Source of the DNA: Amoebidium appalachense
Lineage: Eukaryota; Protista; Ichthyosporea
Assembly (NCBI GenBank): GCA_963693365.1
Contig: CAVNZM010000001.1
Coordinates: 3,426,907 to 3,490,906 of the forward strand
Reading direction: 5' to 3'
Length of the DNA: 64,000 bases
The notes under the pieces are model-generated. The model had not been told where the DNA came from. It saw only the letters and a program-made list of their open reading frames with translations, and ran no database searches. A program made the translations under genes and the position numbers. Positions within the stretch are counted from its first letter, which is position 1, and every line of letters starts with the position of its first letter. Below, in pieces: positions 1-13,270 of this stretch.

Positions 1-102
1 ACATGTAGATCAACGGCTTTGCGATTGGTTTACAGAGATGGGCTTTTCTCCCGGACACACCTGCGTTTTAAGCCTATGTAAAAAAATCCCGCATCTCCAC
101 AG

Positions 103-1719
<1,617 letters not shown>

Positions 1720-2423
1720 CGCATGACCTTGACCCAGTTCCAAGTAAAGAACTAATTGGTGATGTGCTCATTTCTCATTGCTCTACGTACCTGTGAAAGA
1801 TAGGATAAATTATTGTTGTGAATTATTAATTGAAAGGCCCGAAAACATGAAATGCGAAAGCAAGTGCACGTGTCATGAATAATTCCCTTTATAGTATGAT
1901 ACCGTAGATCTAGCTTCATTTTCTATGTTAGATGATGAGATCTCCATTTATGGTCATCAGGCCATTTACGCAAATCGCTGCTGGATCCTCTCGATTTCGA
2001 TCACAACTTCTTTCTTTTCTTTTATTTTCTTTTTGTTCCTCTGCCCGAGTGGATTTTGAATAAGGAATGGAAGATGAAGAAGTTGCATCAAAAAAAATCT
2101 TAACCTCTACCACAATCCTTTTTTTCCAGATAAGAACCGTGAATGCGGAGCCAGTGATCAGCAAAGTCCTATATACTATTGGCGCAGCAGACCCATTTCT
2201 ATTGGTCGAATCTTTCCAAAACATATTGTTCCCCCAAGATGTAAAAAATGGGTTTATGGGCCTTAGTCTCTATAGCGCGCAAAAAACTTTTCGCGAAAAA
2301 AAAAAAAAAAAAAAAAAAAAACCGCAAAAAAAATAAATCCGAAACGGTGGCTCGAACCAGCTCGACGAGACGCGTCGATTGCCGCAATAAATTTTTTTTG
2401 GCCAATTTCGGACCCCAATCAAT

Positions 2424-2484
2424 TCGGGTCGGGTCGAGTCATCGCTTGGCCCGATCCGACCCGATATGAACCGACCCGACCCGA
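2424..2484. repeat. Short inverted repeat of CCGAC units
   Basis: TCGGGTCGGGTCG (2424-2436) is the exact reverse complement of CGACCCGACCCGA (2472-2484), with further CCGA units between them. Confidence 0.6.
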
Positions 2485-3057
2485 TTTGACCTGGCTCGCT
2501 GCCCGCCAGTGCCTGCCTGGCCGGCTATTTCAAGCTGGGTGCGAAGTCTTTTTTTCAGAGGGCCGTGGTGCGAAGAGTGTGTCTCTGTGTGTTTGCTCAC
2601 CGTTTGTCGAGGGGGGCCTCTGAGGTGTCTGTGTATGTCCCACACGAGTATGCATGTGGCCTGCCTAACACGTTCCACACACACCACGCACGAGCGAAGC
2701 CGCATGTGTTTGTATGTAAAACAGACGTGGTGGGGAAGGGGGAGTGAGGAGGGGGGTGACTTGCTGATTACATGCAAAACATGTAACAATAAACGTTTCC
2801 AAACGCATTGCACCTGTATGTCCCTTTGCACATCTGTTACAGTTCAGCTATCATAAAATTTGCGTGCAGCCCAGCTGACGCGTGCACAAACTTAGGCGTA
2901 GTTAGGGTGGACGTTGCCGTACTTGTCTCTACTAGTAGCATTGAAGTATATACTCGTACTTCCACTTGCGACGCACAACCTGCGTGGGGGACAGTTGTGT
3001 AGCAGACTTTCCCACAAGGTCTCGCGCGTTCACCACTGTGTCATAGGCCGTCTTACT

Positions 3058-3185
3058 GACATTGAGGTAGATGATGAACGCATCATCAATGCACAAACTT
3101 GACACCTCGCCCATGCCTAACAGGAGAATCTGTGTCCGGGTAATATTTTACAAACTGCAAATAACTCTTGTCGTGCGTTGCAACG
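3058..3185. repeat. Direct repeat, copy 1 (128 bp)
   Basis: Matches 5009-5132 except for a 4-bp AACA insertion and one substitution. Confidence 0.9.
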
Positions 3186-3187
3186 AT

Positions 3188-3759
3188 TTGTGTGGGTAAA
3201 CGGAGAAGCAGAGAGCACAGATGGGTGTTATTGGGGCCGGTAGGCTCTTTCTACTCCACGAGATCAAATAGAAGTAGGGTTCGAAAGATCCGGACGTGGA
3301 GGGGGGAGGTGAGGGGAGGCCGGGGTAGCTGCGAATATATGCGATTTGATTGGCTAATGAGAGGAGGGTAAACGATAAAAACGCTTTTGCCCAATCGCTG
3401 ATACGGATTTTGAAGAGCAAATAAGTGGGTGTTTATAGCCCCGATAAGGAACGGAGAACGGATACCGGGGTCAAATACTGTAATTTGAACTTTTGGGGTA
3501 CAACGTTTGACTACCTTGGGGGTCTCTAAATGCGACTGGACAATTTGCGCCCATCTCGGTACCAATTGTCTAGATCGTTGCGCTGTTTGCAGCGAGCGCG
3601 GCAATGCGTTTTGGGCAGCTATGGCACGTTACCACCCAGTAAAATGTAACCGGGGGCACTCAGTAAACGTACTGAAACAAACCAAGCACACTTCTTTTCA
3701 AAAGTACTTCGCGTAGCCACGTAATTATAACGGCGTTGTTGAGTCATTTGCCCACACAA
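3188..3759. mobile_element. Possible MITE with 15-bp imperfect terminal inverted repeats
   Basis: TTGTGTGGGTAAACG (3188-3202) versus the reverse complement of 3745-3759, TTGTGTGGGCAAATG. The left end coincides with truncation of the 3058-3185 repeat. No TSD found. Confidence 0.4.
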
Positions 3760-3858
3760 TATGGGTTCCCGCAAGGTTGGTTCTGGTGGTGGAATGAGGA
3801 CCTGGCAGGTCGTTCTGCTCCTGTTTACTGTCGCCCTGGGTGCACAGGTGTGTACTAA

Positions 3859-3914
<56 letters not shown>

Positions 3915-4037
3915 TACTCCCCCCCTCCCCCAACCCCAGGGCCTCTCTTCCTGTCCCAAATCTAAACGCCCAAAGACTTTCCCCGCACACGTACCTCCTA
4001 GTTTCTCGCGACAGGAACCGTGACACATACACACACA

Positions 4038-4084
<47 letters not shown>

Positions 4085-4314
4085 CACACACACACACACA
4101 CATGTACATGTGCACACTGTGATACACATAGGAACACACACACGCACACACGTGTACACACATGAGCACATGCACACACACAGGACGTGGATTACAAACA
4201 CACACACTCTTCAACATTCGTTTTCTCATAACAGTTTTGGATTACCTGCGCGAGGGGCATGAGCCACCGGCCCCATCTAGCAGACGGGAGCCCCGCATTC
4301 GCCTGCCAGTATCT

Positions 4315-5012
4315 TGTTATACACAACACAGAGACACACGGGAGAAACACAACCGGAGAGGTGGAACGATTTCTGGAACCATAGGAAATGAATACGACTG
4401 CTTGATATTTATTCCAAGATGAAGTCCCTTTTATACTTGGGAATGTGAAAACGATAAACCAATCAAAAGAACGAAAACTCTATTTTCCAATCAGAAAGAC
4501 GAAAACTATGAGTGTAAAATATATCGATCGAAATGTCTGTCGACACCAAGGTCGACACATAGAATATAGAACTCAATCCTCTAATGAAAGAAACTTCTAA
4601 TAAAAGCACGGAAACATTTAACAAAATGAAACCACTTATGTAACTATTAGTTCACAACATACATTTATACATGTTCTTATCATAACACGTCTAAATATAA
4701 TTATTCCTAATAGTTGGAGAACATAGCACAATGCTACGTCGTGAGAAAGGAATGTAAGTTACTATATGTGGGAAAATACAAACGAGATTTGATTGGATGA
4801 CATATATAGGTTTTGACACAAACGACAATACGTGTGCGCGAGCTAAGTATGTCGATACGTACACAGATCTAAGATATCGGTGTACACGGAAACAGAAAGG
4901 AAAGAAAGAAAGGAAGAAGGAAAAGGAAACAAACTACAACAACTAATAAACAAATACAAAACTCAACTTTTAAGTCTTGCTATGAATCAAGTGAAGATGA
5001 CACTTAGGGACA
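4315..5012 (-). mobile_element. Probable solo LTR of a family related to the 5893-10104 element
   Basis: TG...CA boundaries. Read on minus it shows a CT-rich tract, CCAAT boxes, then TATAAAAGGG, AATAAAT, CAGTCGT, ATCGTTCC and terminal TAACA, in the same order as the neighbouring LTR. No matching TSD, and the right boundary could be 5002 or 5012. Confidence 0.55.
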
Positions 5013-5132
5013 TTGAGGTAGATGATGAACGCATCATCAATGCACAAACTTGACACCTCGCCCATGCCTGGAGAATCTGTGTCCGGGTAATATTTTGCAA
5101 ACTGCAAATAACTCTTGTCGTGCGTTGCAACG
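5009..5132. repeat. Direct repeat, copy 2 (124 bp)
   Basis: Matches 3058-3185. Confidence 0.9.
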
Positions 5133-5250
5133 CTGGTCATATTTCGTGCCTCCTCTATGCGAGCCATGGCCATTAGTAATAAGGTGGTCACTGGGCAAAT
5201 CCACCGGCCCTTGTGAATCCTCAATGTTGCAAAAGCCATGTCCCCCTAGG

Positions 5251-5451
<201 letters not shown>

Positions 5452-5467
5452 ATGATACAGACATTGT

Positions 5468-5504
<37 letters not shown>

Positions 5505-5582
5505 AGTGTACACACGTGCACACACACACACAAACACACACACACACAAACACACACACACATACATGTAGACACACCGTGT

Positions 5583-5645
<63 letters not shown>

Positions 5646-5892
5646 ACACACACACACACACGGGGCCGTAGTGCACGGTCACATGATGCACCTAAGTGGT
5701 CGCAAACTAAATTTCATGGTGGGGGTTCAAGCTGGGGGGTCCGATCGGAAAAGTGTGAATATCTCGAGAACGGAAAACTTTTTTGAAAATCTGATTCCGG
5801 AGACTGACCTTGGCTTGGCGAGCTGAGCATTTTGCACCCCATATTGATGAGTCTAATACCCCTCCTTCTATGTGTTACGGTTGGGCGGCCAA

Positions 5893-6828
5893 TGTTATAA
5901 TACGTAGTATTTACATATTGTAAGATCTTCTCAGTTCGTGTTATGTTTTCATTCATTTACTTAATGAAAAAGATGTGCTCCTTGTACGTAAATTATGACA
6001 TCGATCTCCAGTGTATTTGAGTACTTGTAATCGTGTTGTGTCGGCTATATTCGTGTGTTTAGATATCGATTACAGCAACTGATTATAGGTACACGAGTCT
6101 ACCCAGTGAGGGAGACACGTGTACATGTTATGTGTACATGAATATCTTCGGTTATAACTGTGTTTTGCTGTTCGTGTTTTCTGTCCTGCTTTCTTTTCTT
6201 TTTCCTCTTTCTTCGTCTTTTCTTTTCTCTTTCTTTCTTCTCTTGTTTCCTTTCATTTAATTATATTTCTCTCTCACTAATATACGTTGAGTAGATTTAT
6301 ATTACTCGTTATGTTTTGATTGGTAGAAAAACACTTAGGTTACACTTTAGCTTGTCAGGTATGATTCATAGCTTAGTCAACCACTTTTGTTTTGTGTGTT
6401 GCCGTACTATATCCAATCAGTGGACTTAGTCAGAAAATGTCTGAGTCTTTGTAGCCGATGATAGGTTAGAAACACCACCTCTTTCCTCGTTACTCTTCAC
6501 CTCTTTTCTTTCTTATAGCTGTGACCTATGGTGTGTGTTCCCGCGTCTCCGGATCTATCCGGGAAATAATCAGTTAATTATGATTGGTTATTTTAGACAT
6601 AGATCTGATTTCCGACTGGTCGGAAATCATGTATGGATTTAACTTAAGGGAATTTCAGGTATTTATTAGCGATCAAAATAAATTGAGTTCAGTCGTGTCT
6701 AAACATTGATGTCTGTTGTGTACACTGCTCCGATCGTTCCGTGTTTTGTTGTTGTGTGTGTCTGTGGTGTTTTCACACTGCACCACTGTGTCTCTGCTTT
6801 CATCCCAAAATACTTATAGAATTTAACA
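5893..6828 (+). repeat. 5' LTR (936 bp)
   Basis: TG...CA termini. Identical by eye to 9166-10104 except for one 3-bp indel (AACTTAAGGG versus AACTTAAGAAGGG). Confidence 0.97.
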
Positions 6829-6851
6829 GGTTATGGGCCCAGCACGCTTCC
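6829..6851 (+). other. Primer binding site complementary to the 5' half of initiator tRNA-Met
   Basis: GGTTATGGGCCCAGCACGCTTCC is the reverse complement of GGAAGCGUGCUGGGCCCAUAACC in eukaryotic tRNAiMet (recalled). This is half-tRNA priming as in Drosophila copia and yeast Ty5. Confidence 0.92.
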
Positions 6852-8743
6852 ATGTACTCTGGCCCCCCTCCTGCCATCGTCGTTCCCCCCGACACCCCCC
6901 CCCACCGTCCCCCCTGCCCCCGTGCCCGTCCAGCCTGCCGACCCTCATCCTGCCCCTGGCAACGTCACACCCATCCGACCCGGCTCCCCCGACAACTTCC
7001 ACTCGGCCCCGTCCAGCCCGGAGGTTGCCCCCCCTGCACTTCCGAACTTCCAAGTTCCCCCCCCCACCGTCTCCACCTACCCCGGTTCCTGCACCCCGTC
7101 GTTCTGCCCGTCTCCAGGGCAAGGTTGGACTTCAAGCCACCACCACCCTGCCAGTCCCCCCCGGTCCCCCCATCAACATCGACCAACTACCCAAACTTGT
7201 CCGTCAACTCTGTTCCGGACCCAATGGTGATCAGGTCAAGTCAGCCCTGACTGCTGAGTATCAAGCCTTCGTCGACAAAGACATCTTTGAACTTGTTGAC
7301 CCTCCCCCTGGTGCTAACATCGTCGGCTTCAAGTGGATTGTCTCCGAGAAAACTCTCAACTCGGCTGGTGACACCAAGATCAAGGCACGTGGTGTTGCTC
7401 AAGGCTTCAGTCAGCAATACGGTGTTGACTATGAGTTGATTGAGAGCCCTGTCATCCGTCCGGCTGCTCTCCGTGCCATCCTAGCTCTGGCCGTTGTTGA
7501 AGGTCATGACATACATCAACTCGACGTGTCTACGGCCTTTCTCAACAGCCCACTCACCGAGACCATCTACATGAAACAACCCCCGGGATTCATCACCATG
7601 GCCACACTTGGCAAGGTCTGGAGACTCAAGAAAGCCCTGTACGGCCTCAAGCAAGCCTCCAAGGCTTGGTACGACTTCCTCGACGGCATTCTTCTTGCCC
7701 ATGGCCTGACCCGTACTAAGACCGACCCGTGCATCTACCTCCGGTTCTTCCCCAACAACGATGTGGTACGGGCTGGTAACTACGTCGATGACTCCACCAT
7801 CACCAACACCCGGGGTTCTACTGCTGCCAGTGACCTGGCTGCCCACATCAGCAAGATGGCCAGCTGTCGTATGAGTCCATTTGACCGTATGCTCGGTGTT
7901 GATTTTAATCACTCTGATCCCCATCACCTCCACATGCACCAGAGGTCTTACATCATGGATATCATCCACGACTTCAACCTCACCGATGCCAAGTCCAAGT
8001 CTACCCCCATCCCTGCAGGCACCACCGTCTCCCTGGCTGATTGCCCCCCCCAACCGTTCACCGTGCCCTACCGTGAGTTACTCGGCCGTCTCCTCTGGGT
8101 GGCACGGTGCACACGTCCCGACATTGCCTATGCCATCGGCTTCCTTGGTCGGTTCAGCACCAACCCCGGCAAGACTCACTGGGACCTTCTCCGTCGTGTG
8201 GCCCGGTACCTGCTCGGCACCATTGACCTTGGCATTGACTACAAGTACTCGGCCACCCAGTCCCCCATACTCGAATGCTACACGGATGCTGACTTTGCTG
8301 GTTGTGCCGACAGCAAGAAGTCTACCACCGACTACATTATCGTGTTTGCTGGTATGCCCGTCATCTGGTACTCCAAGCTCCAGCCCATCACGGCCACCAG
8401 CACCACTGAAGCTGAGCTGATTGCTCTCAATGCTGGCACCCAAGAAGTTGCTTGGGTCCGTGACCTCTTCAAGGAACTCGGCTGTCCCATGCTTGCTCCG
8501 ACTCCGGTGTACTGTGACAACCAGTCGACCATTGCCATCGTCAACTCCACCGGCATCAAGCACCGTACCAAACACATTGCCGTCCGGTATCACAACACCA
8601 AGGACTACATTGCCAGTGGGGACGTGGTTGTCCACTACGTTGAGTCAGCCCACAACTTAGCTGACATACTCACCAAACCCCTCCCCGGCCCGAGTCATGT
8701 CCACCATCGTGCTCGACTTTGTTTACCGGATATTGTGGATTGA
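6833..8743 (+). CDS. Copia-type reverse transcriptase plus RNase H with Pro-rich N-terminal linker (636 aa)
   Basis: RT motifs GFKW, KARGVAQGFSQ, QLDVSTAFLN, LKKALYGLKQA, YVDD and TRPDI; RNase H motifs YTDADFAG, STTEAE, CDNQS and LADILTKPL. No internal stops. An alternative start at ATG 6852 works if the C9 run at 6895-6903 is one base short. Confidence 0.93.
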   Translation: MGPARFHVLWPPSCHRRSPRHPPPPSPLPPCPSSLPTLILPLATSHPSDPAPPTTSTRPRPARRLPPLHFRTSKFPPPPSPPTPVPAPRRSARLQGKVGLQATTTLPVPPGPPINIDQLPKLVRQLCSGPNGDQVKSALTAEYQAFVDKDIFELVDPPPGANIVGFKWIVSEKTLNSAGDTKIKARGVAQGFSQQYGVDYELIESPVIRPAALRAILALAVVEGHDIHQLDVSTAFLNSPLTETIYMKQPPGFITMATLGKVWRLKKALYGLKQASKAWYDFLDGILLAHGLTRTKTDPCIYLRFFPNNDVVRAGNYVDDSTITNTRGSTAASDLAAHISKMASCRMSPFDRMLGVDFNHSDPHHLHMHQRSYIMDIIHDFNLTDAKSKSTPIPAGTTVSLADCPPQPFTVPYRELLGRLLWVARCTRPDIAYAIGFLGRFSTNPGKTHWDLLRRVARYLLGTIDLGIDYKYSATQSPILECYTDADFAGCADSKKSTTDYIIVFAGMPVIWYSKLQPITATSTTEAELIALNAGTQEVAWVRDLFKELGCPMLAPTPVYCDNQSTIAIVNSTGIKHRTKHIAVRYHNTKDYIASGDVVVHYVESAHNLADILTKPLPGPSHVHHRARLCLPDIVD

Positions 8744-9156
8744 CCCGACCTACTTCAAGAGTGATTTTCTCATGTGTACTACTTACTTTATCAACATCAT
8801 TATATCATATGTATTGCCTTTGTGGGTATGCCCACTTAGGGTTTATATATAAGGTTTGACCTGTACCATCACTCTACTCTATCTTTCACTGGTTTAAAAC
8901 CCAGTTAATCAAACACCGCCTATACACGTTATATATATTCGTTGTTTTTGCCCCGGTTCCTTCCCCCCCCCTCCCCCCCCCCCCTTCCCCCCCCCCTTCC
9001 CCCCCCCCTTCCCCCCCCTCCCCCCCCCCCTTCTCCCCCCCCCCCCCCCCCCCGGGAAAAGTACACACTTTAATTTTTTTTTTTTCCGTTTCTGTTCTCA
9101 AGTGGGGAGATTTCACTAGTTCAGTGGGGATATGATAACACAAACTTCAAAGTCTT

Positions 9157-9165
9157 AAGTGGGGA
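9157..9165 (+). other. Polypurine tract
   Basis: AAGTGGGGA directly abutting the TG of the 3' LTR. Confidence 0.85.
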
Positions 9166-10104
9166 TGTTATAATACGTAGTATTTACATATTGTAAGATC
9201 TTCTCAGTTCGTGTTATGTTTTCATTCATTTACTTAATGAAAAAGATGTGCTCCTTGTACGTAAATTATGACATCGATCTCCAGTGTATTTGAGTACTTG
9301 TAATCGTGTTGTGTCGGCTATATTCGTGTGTTTAGATATCGATTACAGCAACTGATTATAGGTACACGAGTCTACCCAGTGAGGGAGACACGTGTACATG
9401 TTATGTGTACATGAATATCTTCGGTTATAACTGTGTTTTGCTGTTCGTGTTTTCTGTCCTGCTTTCTTTTCTTTTTCCTCTTTCTTCGTCTTTTCTTTTC
9501 TCTTTCTTTCTTCTCTTGTTTCCTTTCATTTAATTATATTTCTCTCTCACTAATATACGTTGAGTAGATTTATATTACTCGTTATGTTTTGATTGGTAGA
9601 AAAACACTTAGGTTACACTTTAGCTTGTCAGGTATGATTCATAGCTTAGTCAACCACTTTTGTTTTGTGTGTTGCCGTACTATATCCAATCAGTGGACTT
9701 AGTCAGAAAATGTCTGAGTCTTTGTAGCCGATGATAGGTTAGAAACACCACCTCTTTCCTCGTTACTCTTCACCTCTTTTCTTTCTTATAGCTGTGACCT
9801 ATGGTGTGTGTTCCCGCGTCTCCGGATCTATCCGGGAAATAATCAGTTAATTATGATTGGTTATTTTAGACATAGATCTGATTTCCGACTGGTCGGAAAT
9901 CATGTATGGATTTAACTTAAGAAGGGAATTTCAGGTATTTATTAGCGATCAAAATAAATTGAGTTCAGTCGTGTCTAAACATTGATGTCTGTTGTGTACA
10001 CTGCTCCGATCGTTCCGTGTTTTGTTGTTGTGTGTGTCTGTGGTGTTTTCACACTGCACCACTGTGTCTCTGCTTTCATCCCAAAATACTTATAGAATTT
10101 AACA
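9166..10104 (+). repeat. 3' LTR (939 bp)
   Basis: Copy of 5893-6828, followed by the TSD GCCAA. Confidence 0.97.
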
Positions 10105-11984
10105 GCCAATTTTGGCCTACATATGAAAAATTTAATTTTCAACACAAATTTTCACCATGTTTTTGCTGTCAGAGAAAAAAAGTAACCGGGCACTTTTGAA
10201 GTGCACATCATAAGCTCCCTTTCCACGTTGAGATTTCCCGAATATCATGCTCCATTCTCATACCACGATCGCTCAAAAAGGGGGGATTTTGGACCGATCG
10301 ATTTGCGAGCTATAGAGGACAGTAAGCCCATACCTTGACGCAATCGAGTGTCTCAGACTGTTAATTCATTATCAGTTACAAGGCATTATGGTAGAAGCGT
10401 TTGTTTTTCGACGGGAAATTTCAAGAGTCTGTCTCAAAATAGTTCTACGTATTTACATCGTAATTTTTTTTTTGACTCGGTTTTATTGATCGGATTCCGT
10501 TGATGAAGGCAACGTGCAGCCACAGGCTACATAACCACCAATAGAACTGAAAAGGCCAAAGCTACGAAATAAAAATAAAGCGACAAGTGACAAAGGACAC
10601 CACTGCGGCGGGCAAAACCTTATGTGTACGTGTATGCGTGAAACTAGTTCACTCGTTTGCTCCAACTAGTCATATGCAGTGCATCGATGTTGACCAGACC
10701 ACACTCCGCAAGAAGACATCATTACTGCTGCTTCCCAACTTCAGGCCGGTGCCCCCCTCAAAACCTACCGAGGCACAGCAAGCAAGTCAGCCTCTAAAAG
10801 AGCAATGCAGACCAAATCTGAGCTAGAAAACAATCCCAACGGGACCGGCCCCTAGATAACCCGGAGAAACTGCATCTAGCTCTCTGATAAGGTGGCCTAG
10901 TTGTGGCAGCCTGAGGACACACTGTGGCACAGAAAAACACAATTACAGAATGCATGCAAGCAAACCCGGTCATTGCCATACGACTGGAGGCTAAGGACTG
11001 GCAGTCACTTGGAAAGCTCCCCGACGACCAAGTAGCCGCCCCTCCACTCACGCAGCGCAGAAGTAGCCGAAGAAGTTCAAGTTGCAGCAGCCCACCACCA
11101 ATAGGTTGCGTAGAAGCGTAGACAGCGTGTAGAAGTTACCATAGGTTGCAGTGGACCACCAGGCGTTGAAGAAACCACTTCTCAAGCAAGAAACTCCGCG
11201 AAAGGGAGATGCCCCCACACTCTCACAGCAGTAGGAATACACTAGGCCACACCACACACACGCTGCAGTCACGTTCCCCTGAGTGGGACTCCCTCCCACC
11301 ACAAAAAGAAGAAACGAAAGCCTTTATATACCTTCGTAAATTGGCTAAGGTCGCGGTCAAGTAAATAAAGGTAAATCTTCCGGGATGCACAATATATATT
11401 TATGAATTCATAATATGATACGTATATAATATGATACGTATATATGTATCATATATAATGATATTAATATTATATATATATATATCTATCTATATACATA
11501 TATATAGATATATATTTATTGCCGATGGCCAATTAACATACCGTTAACGCTAAAGTTGGCATTCAATGATTGAAATTCCCATTATAAAAAGCAAAAAAAA
11601 ATGCATGTATTTGCATTGATGCCTGTGAATTTAATTTCTCTTGTTGGCAAGTTGTGCCTAATGCAAATCCGCCGGGGAGTACGTACACTAATTTTGGCAC
11701 GCACGAAACGACCCCCCCTCCCCGCCCTCTTAGCCTCACCATAGGCACTTTCTCCAACACTGTCAGCCCTGCCTAATAGGTGATGTAACCATCAAAGTGC
11801 AAAAAGATGCGAATTAACTTACACATTGAATGTAATTTCACACACACTAATACGTATACTGTATATAGCTTCCCTACTATCCATACATCCAAGTGATGCA
11901 AACGTATATTCAACTTAGCAACTACGCATCGCCAATCAGATCTAGAGTTAGTTGCCCGATGGTGGCAAAAAAAACCGGATTACG

Positions 11985-12050
<66 letters not shown>

Positions 12051-12482
12051 CTGGTTGGCTTTACTGGACTTGTATGAAGTGTTTCCCCATAAAATATATT
12101 TGGTAAGAGCGTCGCTGTAGATTAAATCACGATCATCGGAATTCATGGAACTTAAAACAAGCAAATATATACAAAATCCTTAGTTTGTTTTTCCAGAAAT
12201 ACAAAAATATAATTTGCGATATCTGAAATCATATTTCTAATGTAAAATGGCCTGGTTGCGACATATTTGGGGGTTCGGGAAAAGATCCTTTTTGGCCCTC
12301 CTCTGGAGATGGTTACGTTCAACCAATCGTAGAGCTTGCGTGCACCCAATGGTCAGGAATCGTACCTTGCGGTTCCGAAGAATTCCTCGACCGGATCTCG
12401 GCAAAGTTCGACACATCGTTCCAACCCAAAATGGAATACACCATAAAAGTAGTGTTTAACTTAGCTACTGATATTTACTAGA

Positions 12483-12513
12483 CTAGTGATTATTTGTGCC
12501 CATTTGTTACAAC
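12483..12513 (-). mobile_element. Degenerate Helitron-like 3' terminus
   Basis: Minus strand reads GTTGTAACAAATGGGCACAAATAATCACTAG|T, similar to the hairpin+CTAG end at 63964-64000. Confidence 0.3.
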
Positions 12514-13237
12514 ATAATAATCTTTTATTTCCACCGCGGCCCCCGTGGTGGCCTCAAGTTTCATGAGCACGGCCCACGCGATTGCTGATTTTCTCTGCAT
12601 GATCACGCCTATACGGAAGGTACCAGAAAACGTTCTGGCGGTCGCCAAGTGGCCGTACGGGCGGGCGGCATCCGACTCAAGTTGACTGATAGGCTCGGCA
12701 AGCGCCAGGGCGTGACCCTGGTGGCGTGTTCAGCGCCACAAATGATCACGTGTTCCGCACATCACGCCAGTGGGGCCTAATGTCTGTACGTGAACCGAAT
12801 GCATGGCCCGAGTTACGGCAACATGGGCCTGCACCGTGACCACAGTGCAGGCAGTACTAGTGGCACCGCCACTTCAGTGACCGGTCACCCCGGTGCCGTC
12901 GCGAAGACCGCTCGAGGTGACTGACGTGTCACCACGTGGCATCGGTACCGTGGATGATGAATTCGAAAACACTGTGTTATAATACACGTCGTGGCACACA
13001 CCGTGAGGGACACCCAGCTTGTCACACACACACACACACACACACACAGTGTCACAGTGTCAGACACAGAGACACACACACACATGTACACACACACACA
13101 CAATGTCATGTACACACTCACGCACACACATGACACAGTCACACACACACGGTCGCACGCAAGGACGCCGTGTGAGCCACACACACACGTACCGTGGCAC
13201 TGAGTCACGCTGCCACACAGGCAGTGCCGTCACTTGT

Positions 13238-13270
<33 letters not shown>

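Larger units (their letters stand above)
5893..10104 (+). mobile_element. Ty1/copia LTR retrotransposon, 4212 bp, encoding only RT-RNase H
   Basis: Two LTRs TGTTATAA...TTTAACA, 5-bp TSD GCCAA (5888-5892 and 10105-10109), PBS after the 5' LTR, PPT before the 3' LTR, and a copia-type RT/RNase H ORF. Confidence 0.97.

Noticed and set aside
6829-6851. tRNA-Met gene fragment
   Set aside because: Only 23 nt, antisense, directly after an LTR: it is a primer binding site.
7481-8660. Antisense and alternate-frame ORFs within the RT gene
   Set aside because: Shadows of the biased codon usage of the RT frame.
5682-10355. Host DNA transposon into which the LTR element inserted (weak similarity of 10305-10355 to 2256-2385)
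   Set aside because: Only short degenerate matches in inconsistent order; no defensible termini.
11668-11683. CCGCCGGGGAGTACG resembling an SSU rRNA motif
   Set aside because: Too short, with no flanking rRNA similarity.
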